DNA of 64,000 bases, from contig JBEKSC010000002.1 of assembly GCA_049517415.1 (NCBI GenBank), forward strand, positions 32,001 through 96,000, given 5' to 3'. Position numbers and translations under genes: made by a program. The stretch is from Candidatus Bathyarchaeia archaeon. GTDB taxonomy: Archaea; Thermoproteota; Bathyarchaeia; 40CM-2-53-6. The notes under the pieces are model-generated. The model saw only the letters and a program-made list of their open reading frames with translations, did not search any database and was not told the origin of the DNA. Position 1 is the stretch's first letter, and each line of letters opens with the position of its first letter. Positions 38,814 to 46,703 of this stretch are shown piece after piece.

Positions 38814-39341
38814 CTAGTCCTGGAGTTTACCTCGCTCGAGGCGATTGTTGTAATTGTTTAGGTAGGCAAGCTCGCTAAGCGGTTTGCGGTTCTTCCGTTT
38901 TCCGGCGAGTTTCTTGGCTGGGTACCCGAACCCTACGACGACGCTAGGACTCAAGTCCTTTGGAATTCCAAAGTCTTTTCGTAGCGTTTCGAGGTTCAAC
39001 CCGGTGAACAGACAAGAGATAACGCCGAAGTTCCACGCAGCGATTTCCATATCCTGAGCCGCCCTGCCCGCGTCGAGGATGTGGAACCCAAATTTCGGAT
39101 TCGTTAGGACAATAATGGCGAAGTTGGCTTTAGCAACCCAAGCGCCCGTAGTGCTGTCTTCGGCCAGGCGTTTGAGGCGATCACGCCCCTGGACGAGGAT
39201 GAAGCGCCAATGTTGATTGTTGATGCCGCTTCCAGTGAGGCGGGCGGCTTCCAGCACTTTCAGCTTCACGTCGGCGGGAACGTCTCTAGGTTCGAATTCG
39301 CGCACTTCCAGTTTCGTGGCAACGCATTCATACGCATCCAT
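38814..39341 (-). CDS. Nitroreductase family protein
   Basis: LEAARLTGSGINNQHWRF, DAGRAAQDM, GFGYP, RKPL. Confidence 0.9.
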   Translation of the reverse strand: MDAYECVATKLEVREFEPRDVPADVKLKVLEAARLTGSGINNQHWRFILVQGRDRLKRLAEDSTTGAWVAKANFAIIVLTNPKFGFHILDAGRAAQDMEIAAWNFGVISCLFTGLNLETLRKDFGIPKDLSPSVVVGFGYPAKKLAGKRKNRKPLSELAYLNNYNNRLERGKLQD

Positions 39342-39393
39342 CTAACTCATCTCACCCCTAGTGGAATAAATCAAGAGATAAACTCAGAATGCG

Positions 39394-40680
39394 TTAGCCG
39401 GGTTGAAGGGCCTTTAAACCTGCAAAGTGGGCTCTGCTGCCAAGCTCTCTCTCGATGCTAAGGAGCCTGTTGTATTTGTTTACTCGTTCACCTCGGCAAG
39501 GGGCTCCCGTCTTGATTTGCCCCGCGTTCAAGGCCACGGCGAGGTCTGAGATCGTTGTATCCCACGTTTCCCCTGACCTGTGGCTTACCACAACCCTGTA
39601 ATGATTAGCAAACGCCAACTTCGAGGCATCCAAGGCCTCGGTCAATGTGCCAATCTGGTTGACCTTCAGCAAGAGCGCATTCGCGGCACCTGCATCGATT
39701 CCCTTTTGCAACCGCGAAACGTTAGTGACGAAAATGTCATCGCCCACGATCTGAACCCTACTGCCCACCTTATGTGTGAACTGCGCAGTATGGTCGAAAT
39801 CTTCCTGCTCGAAGGGGTCCTCGATGTAGCGAATTGGGAAACGACCTATCAGCTCTTCATAGAAATCTCCTAGCTGTTCCGGGGACAGGCCCTTTCCATC
39901 GATTTGGTATGTTCCGTTTTGGCAGAATTCGGAGGAGGCGGCGTCAAACCCTAAGAAAACATCTTTTCCAGCGGCGTAGCCGGCTTCGGAGATGGCTTGC
40001 GATAGGATCTCTAGCGCCTCGAGGGTTCTGTTCAGTGGCGGCGCGAATCCGCCTTCGTCGCCAACGTTGATTGCTAGTTTTCCATGTTTGGACTCGATGA
40101 CGTGTTTGAGTGTGTGGTAGATTTCTGCGCCAAAGCGTAGGGCTTCTGTGAAACTCTTAGCCCCCGCCGGTAGAACCATGAACTCTTGGATTTTCAGTTC
40201 CGTCCCCGCATGTTTGCCACCATTGATTACATTCATGGCCGGTACGGGTAGGGTTCTTCCCTTTCCATCACTGAGATAACTGTAGAGTGATTTTCCCTCA
40301 AGCCGAGAGGCCAGCTTCGCCACAGCCAACGAGACGGCTAAGAGGGCATTCGCGCCCAGCCTAGACTTGTTCGGAGTTCCGTCAAGGTCTATCATTACAT
40401 GGTCAACGTTCGATTGTTGCCGCGGGTCGAGGCCTTTGAGTTTCGGGGCAATCACTTCCTCAATATTCCTTACCGCTTTGAGCACGCCCAACCCTGAGTA
40501 ACGCTTCTGATCCCCGTCCCGGAGCTCTAGGGCCTCGTGCGTTCCCGTCGAAGCACCCGAGGGCACTGCAGCCCTCTCGCAAATGTCATCAGAATAAGCG
40601 GCTGCCTCAACGGTTGGGTTCCCCCTTGAATCTAGGATTTCCCGGCTGCTAACCTTCGTTATTTTGAATTTGCTGGGCAA
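39394..40680 (-). CDS. eno: Enolase
   Basis: ILDSRGNPTVE, VPSGASTG, GDEGGF, SHRSGET, KYNRL. Confidence 0.98.
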   Translation of the reverse strand: MPSKFKITKVSSREILDSRGNPTVEAAAYSDDICERAAVPSGASTGTHEALELRDGDQKRYSGLGVLKAVRNIEEVIAPKLKGLDPRQQSNVDHVMIDLDGTPNKSRLGANALLAVSLAVAKLASRLEGKSLYSYLSDGKGRTLPVPAMNVINGGKHAGTELKIQEFMVLPAGAKSFTEALRFGAEIYHTLKHVIESKHGKLAINVGDEGGFAPPLNRTLEALEILSQAISEAGYAAGKDVFLGFDAASSEFCQNGTYQIDGKGLSPEQLGDFYEELIGRFPIRYIEDPFEQEDFDHTAQFTHKVGSRVQIVGDDIFVTNVSRLQKGIDAGAANALLLKVNQIGTLTEALDASKLAFANHYRVVVSHRSGETWDTTISDLAVALNAGQIKTGAPCRGERVNKYNRLLSIERELGSRAHFAGLKALQPG

Positions 40681-40792
40681 TTGGCAACATCAAGGCATGG
40701 AAAAACCTGCGCGACATAACAATCTTTGCGAAGCAATAATACGCACAGATGCAATACCCATGAGTGATTGTGAAGAGGTGTACCCGCAGGAG

Positions 40793-42715
40793 TTGCGCCC
40801 GATAATTTGCGTGTCTTTGTCTGTGCTCTTGCTCTTGGTGGCAGTTCCATTATCAGCTGCCCGGACTAACCCGTCGGCTTCGACGGCAGACAACTTGAAC
40901 GGCGTTGCTATTTTGGCGTCGAATAACGGTTGGGCTGTTGGGAACGAGGGAACAACTGAATATTTCGATGGTTCGTCTTGGACCCTGGTCGCTTCGGGTA
41001 CCACCTCAGACCTTCTCGGGGTCTCCTTTGGGCCGCCGGGTTCTCCCAATGCGGATTCAGGTTTCGCGGTAGGTGGAAGCGGCGGGGCCGCTGTGGCACT
41101 TTTCCGGAGCCCAGTTTCATGGCAATTAGCAATGGCTGGACTCTCAGGGCCGGGCGCGCAGAAACTTGGGTCGGTCTTCTCGACCAGTTCCACTGACGCG
41201 TGGGCGGTTGATTCTGTTTCAGGTGCCTTCTGGCATTGGTCTGGTACGGTGGGGTTGGGGGGTGGATGGAACGAGGTTTCCTCAGCTTCGGCCGGTCTTA
41301 ATTCCATCTTCATGGTCAGCTCATCAGAAGGGTGGTCGGTGGGCGTTGGTGGAATCATATACCACTATACAGGTGGGGGATGGACGTCATCCTCCACTGT
41401 CGGAACAACGCTCAACTCCGTCTTCATGGTTAACCAAAACGAAGGATGGGCCGTTGGCAATAGCGGAACAATTTTCCACTACTCGTCGGGAACATGGTCA
41501 GGCCCCGTCTCACCCTCGCCCACGAACCAGAACCTCAAAGCAGTTTTCATGGTGAGTCAAACTGAGGGCTGGGCAGTGGGCGCTTCCGGAACTGTGCTGC
41601 ATTACTTAAACGGAGCTTGGTCGCTGGCCTCGAACCAGTTTGGGACAAACCAAAATTTGAATGCAGTCTCCTTCTTCGGGGCAAATGGTTGGGCAGTAGG
41701 TGACTTTGGAACGATCGTGCCGTTGGGCGCTCAAATTCCTCCCCAAGGTATTCCTGGGGCGACTTTTCAGTCCGTCTACCTTTCGAACGGTGGCGACGGG
41801 TGGATAGTCGGGTGCTCTACTGGAGGTTGTGGAACCGGCGCTGGCGACCTCACGCTGCTCCATTGGAATGGCAACTCATACACTCGAGGCAGCGCGTCCG
41901 CGAGCACGACGGATCTTTACTCAGTCTCCATGGTGAGCCCCTCCGAGGGGTGGGCTGTTGGCGGTTTGGGCAGCAGTCCAGCCATACTACAGTACAATGG
42001 CGGAACATGGGTGCAAACCGCCGCGCCACCCGTCAACGGGGTCTTACACTCAGTGTTCATGGTTGATGGGAGCGACGGTTGGGCGGTGGGAGATAACGGC
42101 GCAATCCTTCAGTACTCTGGAGCTTGGGGATCAGTCTCCACTCCCACAACGAACACGTTACGGAGTATCTTCATGGTCGGCGCTGGTGATGGGTGGGCTG
42201 TGGGTGATGGGGGAACGATAGTCCGATACCAGGGCCAATGGGTAACTTACGCCAGCCCAACAAGCGCGTCTTTGAATTCGGTCTATTTCCTGGACGCCAC
42301 TCACGGATGGGCGGTTGGAGCCGGGGGCACGATCCTGTACTACAATGGTTTACTGTGGAGCCCCGTTGCCGCGGGAGTTTCAGCAAACCTAGACTCCGTA
42401 GTACAGGTGAACCCGCAGGAAGCTTGGGCCGTGGGTGACTCTGCGATAATCCTGCATTGGAATGGAATAAGCTGGTACCAGGTTTCGCCTTCCCCGCCAA
42501 TCTCCGGCAACCCCAACTTGAATTCCATCTTCATCTCGTCGAATGGTTTCGGTTTAATCGTGGGCGCACCTCAGGCGCCAGGCAGCCAAGGAACCATACT
42601 ACGGCTCTCAGCGCTGAGCCCAGTACCAGAACTACCTAACGCACAACTCATATTTGCAGCGATAATCGGAACGGCGCTGCTCATTAGCCCAATCAGGCGC
42701 CGAAGACTCAAATGA
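40793..42715 (+). CDS. Secreted repeat beta-propeller (YCF48-like GWAVG repeats) with PEF-CTERM-like anchor
   Basis: Repeated L.SVFMV...GWAVG..GTI units; C-terminal VPELP plus TM plus RRRRLK; start uncertain (ORF open from 40664). Confidence 0.8.
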   Translation: MRPIICVSLSVLLLLVAVPLSAARTNPSASTADNLNGVAILASNNGWAVGNEGTTEYFDGSSWTLVASGTTSDLLGVSFGPPGSPNADSGFAVGGSGGAAVALFRSPVSWQLAMAGLSGPGAQKLGSVFSTSSTDAWAVDSVSGAFWHWSGTVGLGGGWNEVSSASAGLNSIFMVSSSEGWSVGVGGIIYHYTGGGWTSSSTVGTTLNSVFMVNQNEGWAVGNSGTIFHYSSGTWSGPVSPSPTNQNLKAVFMVSQTEGWAVGASGTVLHYLNGAWSLASNQFGTNQNLNAVSFFGANGWAVGDFGTIVPLGAQIPPQGIPGATFQSVYLSNGGDGWIVGCSTGGCGTGAGDLTLLHWNGNSYTRGSASASTTDLYSVSMVSPSEGWAVGGLGSSPAILQYNGGTWVQTAAPPVNGVLHSVFMVDGSDGWAVGDNGAILQYSGAWGSVSTPTTNTLRSIFMVGAGDGWAVGDGGTIVRYQGQWVTYASPTSASLNSVYFLDATHGWAVGAGGTILYYNGLLWSPVAAGVSANLDSVVQVNPQEAWAVGDSAIILHWNGISWYQVSPSPPISGNPNLNSIFISSNGFGLIVGAPQAPGSQGTILRLSALSPVPELPNAQLIFAAIIGTALLISPIRRRRLK

Positions 42716-42795
42716 AACCTGCCACATAGCCGATAATCCGTGAGCAATTTTTTCCTTAAGGAACCGCCCAACTGGAATAGGCTGCGGATTAGTCG

Positions 42796-43779
42796 ATGAA
42801 ACGATGGATACGGAACTTACTGATTATAGCTCTGCTCGCATTCCCATTCGCCTTCATTGCGCTAGATTACCTCGAAGACCTTACCGAGACAGGTTCGGGG
42901 AGCCCAGTTGAAGAAATAATCTCTTCGATGTTGAACCTTCCGCAACTTGTGATCAACTTAGCTACGGTGGGCGGTTATACCGGGATCTTCGCACTAATGT
43001 TGCTGGAAGCCGCCGCTTTCCCTGTTCCCAGCGAGATAATTCTACCATTAGCTGGGTACTTGGTTTCGCGAGGAGTATTGGGGTTCTGGTTGGTTGTTGC
43101 ATATAGCACAGTTGCCGCCATCGTAGGGTCATTCATCGACTTCTTTCTAGGCTGGAAACTTGGCAGCCCATTTCTGAGCGGAGAGGCAAGGTTACCCTAC
43201 ATCGATGCAAGGCATCTGCAGAGAACGCGCGGTTGGTTCGAGAGATATGGGCCAGTGGCGGTTGCGTTATGCCGGCTGGTTCCCGCGGCGCGAGTCTTGA
43301 TCTCCTTTCCAGCAGGCGCATACAGGATGAGTAAGTGGAAGTTCGTACTCTACACTACCGCGGGCTGCCTGCCTTGGAACATAACGCTCGTCTACTTGGG
43401 ATGGTGGCTCGGCTCCTCGTGGGGAGAAGTCGTTGGCGCTTTCAGATACATCAATGTCGTCGTTTACGTTCTCCTAATACTTCTCGTGATTTGGGTTGGG
43501 TGGAGGCTGACGGCAAAAAGGAAACCCTCTGCTAATTCATTCATTAGTTTTCTTTTAGGGCTCTGTAAAGTTCATCCACCCGACGCTTCGTCACCCAGTC
43601 CTTGTGGTGCCGAAATCCGCCCCCGAAAGTTTTCGGGATATGCAGCAATTCGTGGATCAAGGTTTTCTCTTTTTCTTCGTAGGGTAATGAGTCGTATTGT
43701 TCAGACAAGACTTCGACTGCATAGTAAGCTGGTTCGCTCAAGGCTTGTTGCCAAATGCGCGGCAACGAGTGGACTCTAG
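42796..43779 (+). CDS. DedA/VTT family membrane protein with anomalous 3' extension
   Basis: PVPSEIILPLAG, WFERYG, RLVPAARVLISFPAG. Confidence 0.88.
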   Translation: MKRWIRNLLIIALLAFPFAFIALDYLEDLTETGSGSPVEEIISSMLNLPQLVINLATVGGYTGIFALMLLEAAAFPVPSEIILPLAGYLVSRGVLGFWLVVAYSTVAAIVGSFIDFFLGWKLGSPFLSGEARLPYIDARHLQRTRGWFERYGPVAVALCRLVPAARVLISFPAGAYRMSKWKFVLYTTAGCLPWNITLVYLGWWLGSSWGEVVGAFRYINVVVYVLLILLVIWVGWRLTAKRKPSANSFISFLLGLCKVHPPDASSPSPCGAEIRPRKFSGYAAIRGSRFSLFLRRVMSRIVQTRLRLHSKLVRSRLVAKCAATSGL

Positions 43780-43960
43780 CTATGACGTTGCCTGCCTTTG
43801 ACCCGTAGCTTCGGTAGCAGTAAACCCGATTCTTCGGAATATGCGTGAAACCTAGCTTGTCTACGATCTCCACTAGCATCTCGGATACGTCGGGTGCACG
43901 TTCGTAACGAAATTGCATGGACACCAGAATATCATACATGTCTAAAATGTGATTGGCCAA
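43544..43960 (-). CDS. Putative zinc metallopeptidase (HExxH)
   Basis: TLIHELLHIP; likely start nearer MQFRY. Confidence 0.82.
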   Translation of the reverse strand: MANHILDMYDILVSMQFRYERAPDVSEMLVEIVDKLGFTHIPKNRVYCYRSYGSKAGNVIARVHSLPRIWQQALSEPAYYAVEVLSEQYDSLPYEEKEKTLIHELLHIPKTFGGGFRHHKDWVTKRRVDELYRALKEN

Positions 43961-43988
43961 GTTCTTTGAAATGAATGCCGAGAAGCGT

Positions 43989-44504
43989 TTAGGTGTTTGA
44001 CTTAATCAGCGCGAGAGCCGTTTCCACCGCTTTCTGCGGGGTATTCTCTCCGAGGATCCGTTCGACCTTGCGATCGTCGATGTAAGTGTCCACTAGCCGG
44101 TCAGCCATTCCCCCAGTCCCTTTCAGGGCTATGATCGGTATCCCCTTCTGGTAGGCCGCTGCCACTTCGATCATAGTTCCCGCCCCGCCCGCAACGATTA
44201 TGATTGCATCCGCAGAGTAAGAGGTCACGAAATCCCTGGCGAAGCCTATTCCAGTTGCAATAACCGCGTCGCAGAATTCGTTCGCTGCCCTCTTATCGTC
44301 TTGAGGTACAATGCCTATCACGAAGCCGCCACCGTCCTTAGCGCCGCGGCTAGCTGCCTCCATCACCCCGCCCAGCCCACCGCTGAGCAGAAGCGCGCCG
44401 CGTCTTGCAACCTCCAACCCCACTTGGTAAGCCGCTTGGTATGCGACCTCGGAGCAATTGTCTTTATTGGAGCCGATAACCAGAATTTGTACGCGTCTGA
44501 GCAT
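43989..44504 (-). CDS. LOG/SLOG-family Rossmann protein (TIGR00725-like)
   Basis: GGLGGVMEAASRGA, GGAGTMIE. Confidence 0.88.
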   Translation of the reverse strand: MLRRVQILVIGSNKDNCSEVAYQAAYQVGLEVARRGALLLSGGLGGVMEAASRGAKDGGGFVIGIVPQDDKRAANEFCDAVIATGIGFARDFVTSYSADAIIIVAGGAGTMIEVAAAYQKGIPIIALKGTGGMADRLVDTYIDDRKVERILGENTPQKAVETALALIKSNT

Positions 44505-44529
44505 CTAGATCACTTGACGAGTTCTGGAG

Positions 44530-45129
44530 CTACTGTACTGGCTCAGCTTCAATCCTTCTACGTATCTCCGCCACTAATGTTTTCACTGATGCAAGTTGGA
44601 TTTGGTCGAGTTTCGAGAGGATGTCTTCTACGATTAGCGCCTTTCGTACATGCACGTTTCCCAGCAAATATTCTTCGTAGGCCCAGAGAAGTGCCTCAAT
44701 TTTGTCGGCTGCTTTCACAATATTTACCTCGGTTAGCGAAGTTTCTCGGCTTGACCTGCGCAGTCGAATATACTCGTGGGCGAGGCTTGGCGGCAAGCTT
44801 CCCATCAGGTTCTCGAACCACTCAAGGGCACGGTTATCCAATTTCTCCGCGAAAGCCGCATCCTGGTGCTTGAAGGGGTGGTGAATGTCTCCGGTTCGGG
44901 CCTCCTCGGCATCGTGCAAGAGCGCCATTCTAAGTAACCGCTCCACGTCAACTCTAGTGCCCTTCTCCTGTTCGAGGTCTCCCAGAACCATAGCGTACAA
45001 GGCCGTAAAGTAGGAATGTTGCGCCACATCTTCGCGGAAATGGCATTTGTAAACGCTAAACCGACCAACGGTCATTAGCGACCTGATGGCTAATAGAAAA
45101 TCGAGGACTTCCGGATTCAAAAGTGTCAC
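44530..45129 (-). CDS. HD-domain 5'-deoxynucleotidase, YfbR-like
   Basis: EDVAQHSY, ALLHDAEE, TGDI, ADKIE. Confidence 0.88.
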   Translation of the reverse strand: MTLLNPEVLDFLLAIRSLMTVGRFSVYKCHFREDVAQHSYFTALYAMVLGDLEQEKGTRVDVERLLRMALLHDAEEARTGDIHHPFKHQDAAFAEKLDNRALEWFENLMGSLPPSLAHEYIRLRRSSRETSLTEVNIVKAADKIEALLWAYEEYLLGNVHVRKALIVEDILSKLDQIQLASVKTLVAEIRRRIEAEPVQ

Positions 45130-45159
45130 TCGAGTCTAGGAAGAATCGTCTGGCGTATT

Positions 45160-45699
45160 CTAGCTTTCTACATGCTTCAAGCTCTTTTCCAGCGTGAGTG
45201 AGTTCAGCCGCTGGACTTCAGGAATGTCATAATACTTGATCAGAACTTCCTGCGGGTTACTCGATTCTCTATACCCATGCTTCTGGTAGAAGGAAATTGC
45301 CCATGACGCCTTGGTGTAAGTTCCGATTATAATCCTAGTGACCCTGTTCGAATTGGCTATGGTGTCTTCAATGCGGGTCAGCAAGAGGGTGCCGATGCCT
45401 CTACCTTGCGATTCAGGACGGGTGTAAGCATGCCTGATGAGCGCTACGTCTTCAACGAATTCGTACCCCATTACCCCGAGCACGTGGCCTTTTTCTTCAT
45501 ATGCGAGGAAGGAGACCCTCTTCATTTCCCGTTCCAATTCATCCATGGGCATCTGCGGGTCATGGTAAACGTAAGGCGGCAAGACAGGTTGGTACGCCTT
45601 CGCCGCCTCATTGATGACTCTGTAGATTGCCTCAAGGTCCCGAGGGGAACATTCTCTGATGGTTCCTAGAGGAGAGGACATCTCGATCAAGAGCTTCAA
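45160..45699 (-). CDS. GNAT acetyltransferase
   Basis: QGRGIGTLL, FYQKHGY. Confidence 0.88.
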   Translation of the reverse strand: MKLLIEMSSPLGTIRECSPRDLEAIYRVINEAAKAYQPVLPPYVYHDPQMPMDELEREMKRVSFLAYEEKGHVLGVMGYEFVEDVALIRHAYTRPESQGRGIGTLLLTRIEDTIANSNRVTRIIIGTYTKASWAISFYQKHGYRESSNPQEVLIKYYDIPEVQRLNSLTLEKSLKHVES

Positions 45700-46053
45700 T
45701 TAGCTAGGAGCATCTGAGACTCAGACTCAAACGCCTCATTTTGGGGAATCTCAACTATAAGCCGTTAAGTCTCAAAATGGGGCCGCGAGTAGGGCCAAAC
45801 CCCCCTTACCCGTCTTATTAGGCCCAAGGCTTTCTCCCCGTATTCATGCGAATTTAAGGGGAAATACGCCTCTGTAGCCGTCTAATAGACGCTCGAACAT
45901 GTGAAATTCAACGCCCCGACTCGGGCTGGGTACGCACGTGGCAGTGTCCAATTGAAAAATTGAGTCTCATTCTTGAGAAAGAAACGAAGCCAGAACGCGA
46001 TTCGCACGTCTTGGCCCAGGATTAAGGTCGCCTAACTGTCTGGAGGTGATTGC

Positions 46054-46296
46054 ATGGCTAGAACGAGTATGCTCACACAAAGGTCAATCGTTGCTGACGA
46101 TACGCTCTCGATGCTTACCGGCCAACCAAGGGGTGCTCTTCTGAGCTACACCGAGCTTACCAAGATGATGCACCAGTACATCAGAACGAAACAACTCAGG
46201 CTCAAAGCTTGCCCGAGTTGCAACGCTCCAATCCCAGGCTACGCGACCTTCTGTGACAAGTGCGGTAAGGACGTAACACCAATACAAATCAAGTAA
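46054..46296 (+). CDS. SWIB/MDM2-like helical domain fused to zinc ribbon
   Basis: LSYTELTKMMHQYIRTKQL; CPSC...FCDKCG; GGAGGTGA RBS. Confidence 0.7.
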   Translation: MARTSMLTQRSIVADDTLSMLTGQPRGALLSYTELTKMMHQYIRTKQLRLKACPSCNAPIPGYATFCDKCGKDVTPIQIK

Positions 46297-46322
46297 ACTC
46301 GGAAAAGTAACACAACTATACC

Positions 46323-46337
46323 TTTTTTCCTTTTTTT
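46323..46337 (+). terminator. Oligo-T terminator
   Basis: TTTTTTCCTTTTTTT downstream of the stop. Confidence 0.5.
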
Positions 46338-46703
46338 GTTCCTTGCAATTTATGCTGAGATGCAGAGAGGTTTGTCGGGTAACCTCTACTGAGACCCGTA
46401 AGTCAAGAATCTGAAGGCATTCTAGGCCGCTTGCCTGCGCTGTTGCAGATCGGCCATTTCTGAAAGCGCCCAATGTCGTCCTTGCCGATTATCCAGGTTC
46501 CGCAGCTTCCCAAACATTTTGGGCAAATGTCAGTGTCCGGTTTCTTGACTGAGAGTTCAGCAGTTGGCATACCGTCTCGTTGGTCAATTGGCGGGATTAG
46601 GCTATGAGGTGTGGGAATTGTCGGCTGAGTTCTACGAAAGTAAGTTATGGTCTGAGCGGAGCCAACAATCTAGTTGAGTATGGTTCATCTGGTGTCGGGC
46701 AGG

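Noticed and set aside
40860..42600. CRISPR-like periodic repeats
   Set aside because: Degenerate coding repeats of a propeller protein; no identical repeats and no cas genes
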